From contig JALMLS010000216.1 of assembly GCA_038496445.1 (NCBI GenBank), forward strand, positions 496,001-560,000: a stretch of 64,000 nt of DNA. The letters run 5' to 3'. This DNA is from Trichosphaerium sp. ATCC 40318 (taxonomy: Eukaryota; Protista; Tubulinea). Position numbers and translations under genes: made by a program. The notes beneath the pieces are model-generated. The model was not told where the DNA came from and did no database searches. It worked only from the letters and a program-made list of their open reading frames with translations. This document shows, piece after piece, positions 12,938-24,296 of the stretch (position 1 is its first letter; the number at the start of each line of letters is the position of its first letter).

Positions 12938-13685
12938 TTACCTAAAAGTAGTTTAAGACAATCATGAAGACGTAGTAATTAATAATAGTGGTACCTACAA
13001 TTATTTTTATGGTGAGATGGCGTCAATGATATCGAAATTTCTTGGGATAAATTTAGATCCACAAAAAAAGTCAACTGTTGTGTTTTGTGATCAAACTTCG
13101 AGCTGAGTTGGCCAGTCACTCACTAAAATAAACGCGTAAGGCACCAACTAGAAACAGACCAAGCTAGTGAACCGTCACGCAGCATGTAAATGCTATATGG
13201 AATACGTCCTTAGTGTCTTATACGACTGTATGACATCTATGCCATGGAGATCATTTCTTTGTTTTAATTTTGTTTTTTACTGTCTTCATGCCTTGCGTAA
13301 CAAATCTCTTATCGTTCGTGATGAACTGCCCTGATTGTAAAAGGTCATGAGAAAGATTTGCTAAGTAATCAATCAGAGTAGACAAGTACACAGCTTCAAT
13401 GAAACTAATTCATATCTTTATTAACAATGATGTATTAAGAGGTTGGACAATAGTCTAACTTAGATAAACTAATACAAATGGCGAGAAATCATAAATATTG
13501 ATGGCCTTGTCTAAATAATGCTACAATACAGAGGATGTACATCAGGCAAGTGATGGAAAGCTTCAGAGACGAAGATGTTACAGTAGTTAGACTTGGATAG
13601 GTGGTCTAAACATAATAGTAAAAAAACTACCACTCTTTCATTTTGATTGATTTTTATTTTTTCTAATTTTACAAGTCTTATTTAA

Positions 13686-14099
13686 TTATAATCGGCGTTG
13701 TACTCTTTGTTGTGAATTGAATGTTATGTTAAACGTGTATGTGTAATCAAGGTAAGCTTGTCGCGAACTTCTTGGAAAGATCGATGGAGGTGGAAATGGA
13801 CCTTCTCGCATAATAGCTCGCAGTGACGTTTTGAAGAATTGTTTTGGAGCGTCAAACGTGTAGTCTCCGTTCTCATCTGGTATTTTAGATACCATATAGT
13901 CGTTCATCATTAGTTTTGTTAGTGTTTTTTGGTGCTGAAACTCGTTTGGCACAAAATGCCATTCTAGCGTTTGTATTTGTCGTATGTAGTTTTCTTGTCT
14001 TTCTATCCGCGTTTCGTAGTCTTTGACGCTTTTTTTATGAGTTTTCGAAAAGTTTTTGGCGTTAGAAAAACCAAATCGACGTAGAATTGTTTGAAGCAT
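13686..14099 (-). CDS. Hypothetical 137-aa protein, possibly mitochondrion-targeted
   Basis: Clean single-exon ATG ORF; N-terminus MLQTILRRFGFSNAKNFS is basic and lacks acidic residues, like a presequence. Confidence 0.6.
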   Translation of the reverse strand: MLQTILRRFGFSNAKNFSKTHKKSVKDYETRIERQENYIRQIQTLEWHFVPNEFQHQKTLTKLMMNDYMVSKIPDENGDYTFDAPKQFFKTSLRAIMREGPFPPPSIFPRSSRQAYLDYTYTFNITFNSQQRVQRRL

Positions 14100-14676
14100 G
14101 TTAATCTATATGTGAGTTGTTGTGAGTGCGTGTGGAGGCGTTAAATAATGATAATATTTGCCCGGAAATCAAAATCGTTATTTTCAATCAGACTTTTGCA
14201 ACCAAATTCGAAAACCAAAATTCCTTGAATAATTACGCTATGAAACAGTTTGAATATAGCAAAGGGTATGTAAGGTACTAGAAGCGCGCTCTTACTTTTT
14301 TTGGTTAAGTCGAACGTTTGGTCTTAAGTCTGAATATCCTTGATTGATAAGTAAAAATCCACTTTTCAAAATCGCAAAGATTTTGTTAATTCACACGCAC
14401 TGTGCATGTTGACGCTACAAGAAGTATTATTCGGTTAGAATATGAGTGATATAGTTTTTTTATGATTGATTTTTGAGTGATACTCAGCACAAAACCAGCC
14501 GAAACTTCTACACAGTGTCACATACAGCAGTGTGAAGGGTTTTGCTTTAGTTGTATAGACTTATTTTTTTTGTAAATAAACTTGTATACAAATTAACTTA
14601 CGAAGACTACTTAGCGGTGTAGACGCTTTTTATTAAAAATTTTTGTACATCTTTTTTTTTTTTGGGTTGCTCTTTT

Positions 14677-15502
14677 CTACGAGCCCGAAGCTATTTGTCT
14701 GTACACTTCCCATAGGCCTATAGATACGCAATTTGCCAGATTCAAAGAAGGAATATCATTTGCACGATGATTGCTGTCCTAGACAACGAAAATGTCAAAA
14801 AATATCCAACTTCGGCACTGTTCTGGTGGTAGCGTTATTCTTTTTAACGTTTAGCGTACCTCCATAGGGATTTTAATGACTGGGTAGTCTTTGAGCACTT
14901 CCTCTCCTAATAATGTGTATAGACCTTTTGTTTCGCTTCCAAATACGAGCGTTACGTCAGGTTTCTATATTAAACGCGTGAGGAACACTTAAGACGGAAA
15001 AACAATCGTACTTCTTCGGTAGTGAAGTTAGTGTCAAGTAGGCTTGTCGTAGCGAATTTTGATAAAAAGAATGGGTTTGGGAGCGTTTTGAAAGCTTTCT
15101 CTTCAAAATGTTTCCAATCTGGTATGTGTCAAAGAAAACCTGATTGTAATGATGAAAATACAGTAAACATACGATCATAAGTTGCTACGTCCACCTAAAA
15201 ACACCATTAACTTTTGTTAAAGAGATTTTCCGTACATGCGACCAATAATCCAAACCTGCACGTTTTAAGTACTTAGATTCTAAGGAGAAGCCAAGAGGAC
15301 CGACTAAATGCTATTGTCTTCGTTATAATTTTAAAATCCATTATGACGCACTAATTTTGCTCCAAAACACATACATAGGCGCCCTATATTGCCTGTGTTA
15401 CCTGGAATGTTTGGTTGCACTAAAGAGGTTAATTATTAGCTGTACTGAGTGTATCGTACCAAGCACGACATGTATCTTACGATTACGCAAGAGCGCTCGC
15501 AT
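14677..15502 (-). CDS. trmL: TrmL-type SPOUT tRNA (C/U34-2'-O)-methyltransferase, multi-exon
   Basis: Spliced exons give [50 protein letters not shown] and [18 protein letters not shown]. Not recovered by the ORF track. Confidence 0.88.
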
Positions 15503-16224
15503 GTCTTGTACGACAGTGTTCTAAAACTCAGAAATAACTTAACCGTTACCTTTTAACGTTAGAGCAAGGGCTCTGGCGACAAGAGGACACGGACGGGATG
15601 ACAATAGTTGTAAAATAGAACTTGTAACGGAACGTCGACCGGAATAAAAGTAAAGTACAGTAGAGAGTAGTATTGACTACCCTTAGTAGTTCGTATGTAG
15701 CCTCATCTTGAAAAAACAAGAGTATCACGTGTGTTGCTTTTAACAAATAATAACAAGTCTTTTATTAGCAATTATTTTAGCAATTAACAGCTGTTGAAAC
15801 ACGTGCTAGCTCAACTACACATGTAGGTGGGAAATTGATTTTTGTAAATGAGTTTGTTATGAGTTGTGGCGTCGCTTGTAATGCTGTACATCCATCATTA
15901 TTTCGCTTTTGCTTTGATTAACAATTAGACAGCAATGGTCTTTATGAGACGCAAGATTCCAGCCGCGGAACTTGGTACTACATCGGCTATGTTAATCAAA
16001 GCAAATGCGAATAAGGATGGAGGTGCGCGTTTGTACTACGCTTCAGGTTTGCAGCCCAGTCGTATTTGAGGAAACCTAAGTAACTGTTATACTTTATGCT
16101 TCGTGGTGACGTGTACTTACGTTACGTTTGTAAACCATCCCAAATGGACCATTTTGACCTACGTTTACCGAAAAAGCGATAATTCCCTTTGGATTTTCGG
16201 CCAAGCAGAATATCTGCCACAACG

Positions 16225-18069
16225 ATGGTCAAAGTTGTTGTATTCGCCTTGATACTTATTGGGTGTATGGCGTCCGTTTCATCGTTTTACATCCCTGCAG
16301 AGTGGGTTGAGCATGAAAGGGTACTATTTGAGCGTAAATAAGCAATAACAACAGTAGGTGTGGATAAGTTGGTCACCGAACTCTAATCTGGACGTGCGTA
16401 CCCTTTTTTGATTTTTCCTTATTAAACAGGTTTAGACGTACCCAATATGGGATGGCCAGCAAAGCTTAATAGAGGTACTGGTGAAATACGTACATGTGTC
16501 AGTACTAGTTGTACCAAAGCAATATGATGAGGTTAATTGCACTACATGGCACTACAGCACTCATTGTAGCGTAGGTTAAAGCTCGGCTTGGCAATTTAGG
16601 CTCAAATCTCTCGTTACACAAAATAGACCACGGAGACGTTTGGATACGCGACTGGGGACCGATATTCGCGAATGCACAGTCCGTTCAAAAAGTACGCGGA
16701 AATGTCGTTGAACTACCTTTGCGCGCGTATCTTACGCAAATACGCTAGATTTTACGCTTCGATTGGACTGCGTGGGGCTACAAAGGACATTCCAGAGACG
16801 TTAACTTATTATATGACGCGTATACATCAACTAAAGTCGCAGACGCACTTTCTTTGGATGTAATAAATGGATTTTTCGCTTCAGAAGGTATTCTAAAGCT
16901 TTTTGGGTTTTGTAACTGAAGTTTTTTTTGTAGGTGGCGATAGGGAGTTTAACGGCCTTGGTACTCTTATGGTTAGCGAAACAGTTGAGTTACAACGTAA
17001 TCCAAGCAAAACAAAGGCCGAATTGGAACAAATCTACAAAAATTTCTTTCGTGTAACAAATGTCGTTTGGCTCGGTCCAGGTCTTGCTGATGATAACCAA
17101 ACATTCAGAGGACCAATAAAAGGAACCAATTTTTTCTCTAGCGCAGGGACAGGAGGTCATATTGATGAGGTAAGCTTCATTTTATCACATTATTCGAACA
17201 CAAAATTTTGATAACAAAAAAACCGTTACTTTCTGTGCTTATACGTCTCTTTAGTTTGCTCGGTTTGTTGCTGCTGATACAATACTTCTTGCAGAAGTAA
17301 CTGAAGAAGAAAGGTCAACTGTTATTGGAAAGGCTACTCATATAAACATGGAAGCGAATTATGAGCGTTTAACACGTGCAAGAGATCAAGATGGAAAGCC
17401 ATTTAAGATTGTCAGAATTCCTTTACCTTCAAGGACTATTGCCAAGAGCTGTGTAAATAATGGTGATATATATGGTTACATCAAGGTACATTTTATATGT
17501 CATGTCAGTGTCAACACTGAGACGATTGTAGACATTTTGTTTTATTTTCTTTTTTTGGAAAAAAATTGCCGGTATTCGGTTGCTATGACGTTTAATTTGA
17601 AATTTTTTTTGCGTTATGCAAAGTTCAAGTACTTTTTAAACGACATGTAACAAAGCTTCTTGGAATTATTATATTGCCAGCGCGTTGTATTTTTTTTCTT
17701 CAAAAGCGAGGTCTTTTTTTTTTTTTTCCTCTTTTTTTTTTATTGCTAATATTGCTCTTTTACAGGATTTGAACTTTACTGATGGCACTGTAATTGATAC
17801 AGATTGTATTACAATTGTAGCTGCGTCTAGTTATTGTAACTTTCTTATTACAAATGGTGTTGTAGTCGCACCTAAATATGATATGTACGATTTCTTTTTT
17901 GGTGTTGCTGATCTTTTAACTTATGATTAGACCAACTGATGCTAAAGCGAAAGAAGTACTACAAAGCTTATTTCCTAAAAGAGATGTCATTCTTGTAGAT
18001 GACATTATCAACATTAATTTTGGTGGAGGTGGTATTCATTGTACTACACAACAACAGCCCAAAGTGTAA
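16225..18069 (+). CDS. Agmatine/peptidyl-arginine deiminase (PAD_porph family) with signal peptide
   Basis: MVKVVVFALILIGCMASVSS then IPAEW, DVWIRDWGP, EGGDREFNG, GHIDEFARF, SYCNFLITNG and the terminal GGGGIHCTTQQQP with the catalytic Cys. Confidence 0.92.
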
Positions 18070-18929
18070 ATAATATCAGTCGTAAAATAATCAGATTCTT
18101 ACTTTTTTCTCCTTACTAATCAACTCCGTGTGGCTAATCTTTTTTATCGTGCTTGCAACAAGTTCCAAAAGATGCTCATAAGAATTTGGTATAGCCTCTA
18201 AAATTTCAGCACTGATTTAGGTTAACGATATAATCGTTACTCTTTATTATCGGCGACGCTCCAGGTCAAGCTCCGTAGATAATAATTTGCAAAATTATGT
18301 CACGTTTTTGCCAGATGTCTGCCTACTTCTGTAAACTATCTTTTAGTGTATCCTTACGAAGTACTTAGCGTGATGGTAAGAACAGAAATTCATGTGCTTG
18401 CTACAAATCAGGAGTGCCTTTTAAATAATAGCGCTATTTCAGGTCAAACCCATACTGAAACTCTTACACTTGCAATATGTGTTTAGGGTACTGGGCTAAG
18501 TACCACGTTCTCTGGACAAATCACGTTTGGGTATTAACGTGGGACGGTTATAAAACCATACGAGACGAGTGTTCCAGCTACGTTAACCAGGGAGTTAAGA
18601 GTTTTGAGTTTTATCAGTTAAAGTTAGGAACTTCCAACGGAATTTGCTTCAATGTGTAATCTAATTATCGCGCAACAAGCTCTTTTATTCGCAAGCTTAC
18701 GTGTTAGGCTTATTTTGACGCTTAAAACGGCTTTTAAACCCATTTCAAATGTCAACCCTTGTACTGCCTTTATTTTGATGGTATGGGTATGCACTATGAG
18801 ATGTAACAGTTGGGTAGTGGAGTTGGACGGTGATAAAATAGTAACTTTGACAATAGATATAGAACCTACTTTCCTTTTTTGTATTTTGTAATTCCCATAA
18901 TTGCCCATAACCAAAACAACAAAACAGCA

Positions 18930-19460
18930 ATGCAACTACTCCAAATACTACTCCTCGTGTCTACATGCACATGTGTATGCCTCGCAGCATGGTATAAAAC
19001 CCTCAAGCCTCATAACCATTAGCTTACTAACGACTTTAGGTATGACGATTATAACCCACAATATGAAGATGCTCGATACTATTTCGAGTCCAGCGTAGTT
19101 AATACGTATTTGAGGAACACAAGAAACATGAACTGTCCAGCAGACAGAGAACCTAAACGTTACCAACATGTCATGAAGGCTAGCTGTACAACAAGAGGAA
19201 AAGGTTTTAACGGTGATTGCAAAGCTTGCCGAAGGGGTTACGAGGTAGTTGATATGCGTGTCGGTGGATGCCATGATTACCAAGTTGACTGTATTCCTAC
19301 ACGCGATTTGTATGTTGATGAGCTCTATGGCTTTCCATACATCACTTTGGACCACGGAGAAGACTGCGCTGTAAACATATGGTACAACTGCAGAAGAGGC
19401 TCAAGTTCAGGTGGCCAATCACGCTCAGCCAGAGGTGGTAGGAGTTCTGGTGGACACTAG
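18930..19460 (+). CDS. Secreted cysteine-rich small protein (2 exons)
   Basis: Signal peptide exon 18930-18991 (MQLLQILLLVSTCTCVCLAA) joins in phase through intron 18992-19039 to the ORF ending at 19460. Eight Cys in the mature part; Gly/Ser/Arg tail. Confidence 0.75.
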
Positions 19461-19593
19461 TAATAGTTCTGTATACTAACAATGCCAAACTGCAAGATGT
19501 TTGCGACTTTAAATAAAACTATATTTTGTATCAGTATGTACTTGGTTTTCGTGCTAGTCTTAAGTTCGAAATTATCAATTGAATCCTGGTATT

Positions 19594-21600
19594 TAAACAG
19601 TTTTATTGATTTGTGTCAATGTTTCATTTGTACAAGGCAACTGATTTAATAATAAAGTCAAAGAGGTAGATAGGAATGGGGTTTGTTGAAAGAATAAACT
19701 GGTGAGATTCCCATTCCAACGTTCTTCTAAAGTTACAACAAATAATACCAAGTAGTCCGATTACATTACAAAGCTATTTATTCATTACACTTCTATTATA
19801 CACGATTGGCTTTGTTATTAAAACGACAATGGACCCCAAGCATTTTTAAATTGGAACTCCAGCAAGTTACCAACAGCCAGGTGAATCATACCCACAACCT
19901 TGTATTGTGCGTACTCTACAATGTCAACGCATGTCCCATTGACTTTCTTCCATTCCTTTAAAAGAATAATGTCAAAATAAATAAACCTAAAAATTCAGAC
20001 TCACTTTTTTCCATTCAGGCAGGATAGGCAACAGCCTCTTTTGTTCTTCTTTTCTACGACACATCAGAAATAAAACAGAATATTCTCTTCCTAACAATAC
20101 TTACAATATGAAAGCGTTGTGCACCCGAACAGACGATAAAAATGTTTCCAGATCAAAAACCAAGGCATTTAATTTACCATCAATAATGGGTAATTTAATT
20201 TCCTTCATAAACACGCAAAACTACTTTGCATCAGATAAAAAAACAACCAACAAAACGCGCCAAACGTACGTTGTGGTCGTTATAAAATTTACCAAAGAAC
20301 GAATTGCGAAAATTCATATTATCGTAGATGCTTAGTGCAACGCGACTAAGAGAAAAGTTAAAAAAACAAATAAAAAAAAAAAGAACTCTAAACGTGTACG
20401 CACTGTGCTTCGTTTACAAGAGACTCAAAATATGCTATATTCGAACAACGTAAGTAAACAACACAAATAGGGCTTGCAATAACCCTCCACCCATCGCTAC
20501 AAGGTAAATTCAAGGCTAAGTGTAGGTAAGACTTTGCAACGAAAAATTAAATAAATTGGTACCTCTAGAATTATCAAACCAAGTGAGATTAAGAGGTGCA
20601 CAGAAAACTATTCCCTGTGCTGTCGCGATAACAAAACCAGTATTAAACAAATAATATTTGGCTAAGACTAAATGAGAAAAAACACTTTGTAACTGATAGT
20701 ACCTTCATTCACTTTACCACTCACATAGCAAAGGCATTGTGCTGAGTGAATAATTTTTGAACTAGACGACAAAATATCCTATTTTTTTCTTAGTTTTTGG
20801 GGTTTTTTCAAATAAACAGGGGAAAAACCAACGTACTTGACTTTGCCATATAGAAACCGACGAAAGATTATTCAGTTCTTGTAGAGCACAGTTATAAACC
20901 ATTTGGTCCAGTTTCGACTCTACCTCGCTCAAGACGGCGTGTAGTGCCGACTGAACGAGGGAGGCTTCAACCCTGACGCGTTTAGACTTGGCGATCTCGT
21001 CCCAAAGCAATCTATGAGACGCCAGGTCTATATGGATTAATCACAGCGTATCGGAATAGAACTTACGTCTGGTGGGGTGCATAACGGTTGCAGTAACATC
21101 AATACCATCACTAGATAAAATCTAAAGGTATTGTAAGTACATGTGTAGCGCAGTACACCCGTACTCGCTGACAACTAGCGTGCTTTTCGCTGGTGCCAAC
21201 TAAAATGCGCCACTCCTCGCTACTGTGGCGCATTTTTATAGTATTGGTCGTCAAACGATGCACATACTCTTCTTTTCTCTAACGAAACTAAGCAAGTAGA
21301 CGATTTTAAACTGCTACGCGCCAATGCAAAAAAGTTGCACAACCCTTTCGAAGCTTTGGAGAAGGGCTTTGGCGAGCGACTCGCCGATTCTAAAATAGTA
21401 GCAATCTCGTTGCTAACACTTGCAAAGTACACTTGGTCCGGAAACAAGCCTTCCGCGGTAATGCCATGGCGTTCAAGCACCTAGTTTTTGTAAACAAGGA
21501 CTCTACAAAACATTAACAATACCGAAGCGATTTTCTCGAGCTTAGACAAATAAAGCCTCTCTAGATTTATAGCTTCTGCCACCAGTTTTTTTAAAGCCAT
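19594..21600 (-). CDS. Divergent DH-PH (RhoGEF-like) protein, multi-exon; 3' end uncertain
   Basis: LVAEAINLERLYLSKLEKI resembles DH CR1; MHPTRHLASHRLLWDEIAK resembles CR3 (PVQRI..Y.LLL.EL); YYLFNTGFVIA resembles a PH strand. Phase-consistent exons extend to ~19600. Confidence 0.55.
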
Positions 21601-21773
21601 TTCGTCGAGCTTTAACTAGGTGGCACCAGTGCGTAGCGTAAGTGGAAATAAGTTGACTCACAAAAAATGAATGGCACTAAATCAAAAACGATAAAAAAAA
21701 ACTAAAACAATCGTATCACAAAATGTTGCTTATAATATGGGTTACAATAAAGAATTATGTTCTTGCGCCTCCT

Positions 21774-24104
21774 TCACATGGCTTCTACAAAGTTAGATGG
21801 GAAATATCCTGTGACTCCATTTAATTCTCCTATTAACACGTGTTAATAACCACGTTTCACGTGTCACGAAATTTGTGTTAACATCAATGGATTGATTATC
21901 CGTACCTTGCCACCAACCGGAAGGATCAGTGTTATCCATAATATTAATGATATCACCTTCAGCAAAACTCAAATCTTCCTCGCGCTCTGCGGAGTATTCG
22001 AACAAAGCCTTGGCCTGACCAATATAACCTCCTTCATAGTATTCCTCTTCGCCATACTCCTCTTCTGCGTACTCTTCTTCTGCGTATTCTTCTTCACCAT
22101 ATTCTTCTTCAGCATACTCTTCTGCGTATTCTTCTTCGCCATACTCTTCTTCAGCATACTCCTCTTCGCCATATTCTTCTTCAGCGTACTCTTCAGCATA
22201 TTCTTCTTCGCCATACTCTTCTTCAGCATACTCTTCGCCGTACTCTTCCTGTGCAGGCGCTGGTGTTGGAGCTGGGGCAGATACAGGAGGGGCACCGACA
22301 GGCCTTGGTGGTGGAGCACTTGTCACTGGTGGTGGAGCACTCACAGCTGGTGGTGGGGTGCTTACTGCTGGTGGGGAACCGGCAGGCCTTGGTGGAGGAG
22401 CACTTGTCACAGCTGGTGGTGGGGTGCTTACTGCCGGTGGCGGATTGCTTGCTACTGGAGGAGGTGTGCGGTTGACCACTGGCGGTGGATTGCTTGCTGC
22501 TGGAGGAGGTGTGCGGTTGACCACTGGTGGTGGGTTTGAAGCTGGAGGAGGTGTCCATTTTTTTCTTGGACTTGGGTTTGGTTTTGGGATTGACGCAGCT
22601 TGTTCTTGGGCTTTTTGTTCAAACCTGCTAGCAAGATTACCAGCTCCTTTTTAAACATCAGAATATATTGTAAAAAAAACCGGTTTGTCAAGCTATGCAC
22701 TAACAAACAAAAAATAGGCTTTTTTTCAAGAGCTATTTGATACGCACCTTGAGTACTTGCCATAACCTCAGCTGGCTTATCAGTAGACTTTACAGCCTGG
22801 CTTTCAGTTTGATTTTGATCCCAGTACTACGTAGGATTATTTTGGTAAATAAATAAAATAAATAGCCATGAAAGAATTTTTATGCTACACAAAGAGTAAC
22901 GACTAAAAAATAAAAATAAAAAAAAAGCACGTGTGCTTACTTTTTGGGATGCGTCTTTATCAACAATAGTATTACCAGCAGTCTTAACAGGTGCTGATTT
23001 CTCCTATAAAAAAATTATTTGCTTGTTCGCAAGCTTTGTTTCAAACCTGTTGGTTCTTTTGCCAGAAGCTAGTTGATGCATTTTGGTCGACGTATGTTGC
23101 ACCAGGATCACGGCTAAATTGTTTTACTTCTTGTGCCTTAAAACGAGTGATAAGTAACACATTAAACCAAAGAAAAATTATTTTCTTCAAATCCCAAAAA
23201 ACGTTTGTTTTTTTTGTGCCATTAGCGTGTACCTTTGTATGGAAGTTTTTTCCTTCGTTAACAGACTTTACACCACCTGATACGCCCTACATTGCACTTG
23301 TCAGTTTATGTGATGTTACAATCACGAGTGGTTTCGGAGTAAACATAGAGTTGTTTAAACTACAACATTACGCTAATACCGCGGTGTTTTAAAGCTTCGC
23401 ACCTGTTTTCTCGCGCCTGCGTCATAATTTGCACCAATGGCCATCTTTAGCTTTGATTTAATCACATCTTCGTCAATATCCTCTTCAGAGCGAGCTAGGA
23501 TTTGTACATGGATTGTGTGTTTGCGCTGCAGTGTTTGTTAGTTAACTGGTATTATTTTTGTACTAAGACGTTTAAAAAATGAATTAGCAGTTTTTTAGCC
23601 ATTTTAAAGCGCGTAGAATGGCTCAGAGCAAATCTACCGGAAAAGCACACTAAATTTCAAACACTGCGTCGTTAAAAAGCGATCGCTCGCTCTCACGCAC
23701 CCGGATAAAGTTGTACATATCAGTGCAGTGGTTGGAAAAATTTCCCTTCATCATACCTTACAAACGTTAATATTACGGTTACCAAAAGAACCTACCAGTG
23801 ACGCCTTCGCCACAGAACGGAATGTAGACAAATTTGCGAACGCTGAAGGACTTGAAACAGATGTAGAAAAACTGAGTTTTGCCGTCGTTTAATTCATCTA
23901 GCATCTCCTCGAAGCCATCGTCACCCTTTGCGACGAGTTTTATCTTGGTCGTTTTAGGAACATAACCAAAATACGCCCTTGGCGAATAGAGTGAGTATAA
24001 GCACTTCTAGTTGCTCTTAAATACCAGTTAGTGTCTGAGTTGGCATCAAATACGTCATCAAGAGCTGCTTCTATCTCAGGGTCGTTGCAATTGAGGCGTG
24101 CCAT
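21774..24104 (-). CDS. ABP1: Abp1/drebrin-like actin-binding protein (ADF-H, Pro-rich, acidic, SH3)
   Basis: ADF-H motifs DTNWAYFGY, GFEEMLDEL, KFVYIPFCGEGV, IGANY. C-terminal SH3 AKALFEYSAEREEDLSF..GWWQG|ELNGVTGYFPSNFV. Confidence 0.88.
22033..22250 (-). repeat. Coding tandem repeat of about 15 (E)EEY(G/A) units (12-15 bp)
   Basis: Read in ORF 21793..22524; on the + strand the units are ttcttcttcgccata / ctcttcttcagcata. Confidence 0.95.
22260..22555 (-). repeat. Coding proline-rich tandem repeats (PPPVVNRT, PPPAVST, APPPRP)
   Basis: Duplicated blocks such as ggaggaggtgtgcggttgaccactgg and ggtggtggggtgcttactgc. Confidence 0.85.
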
Positions 24105-24296
24105 ACGAGCAGAGTAGTCAATTCGTTTTTACACAAGAATATCGGTTGACTTGCTCGTTGTAATTTGTCACATTTTTCTCCGTGTCACAGCGAAAAGATA
24201 AAATTCTGTCACAATGGATGATTTCTATGTAGTAGGAGGTATACGCTACGCGTACGTACTACGCGGAACGTGTGGCTTATCTGAGCTGTTGTTCAC

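Noticed and set aside
13150-13620. Coding-like fragments between Rab and the 137-aa gene
   Set aside because: No consistent exon chain or recognisable motif could be built.
18477-18659. 60-aa ORF (MCLGYWAKY...)
   Set aside because: It may be a terminal exon or remnant, but no supportable gene model or homology was found.
21892-22654. Several overlapping repetitive ORFs (Phe-rich, Trp-rich, Gly-rich)
   Set aside because: Alternative-frame or antisense readings of the Abp1 EEEY and Pro repeats. Not a CRISPR array, because there are no unique spacers.
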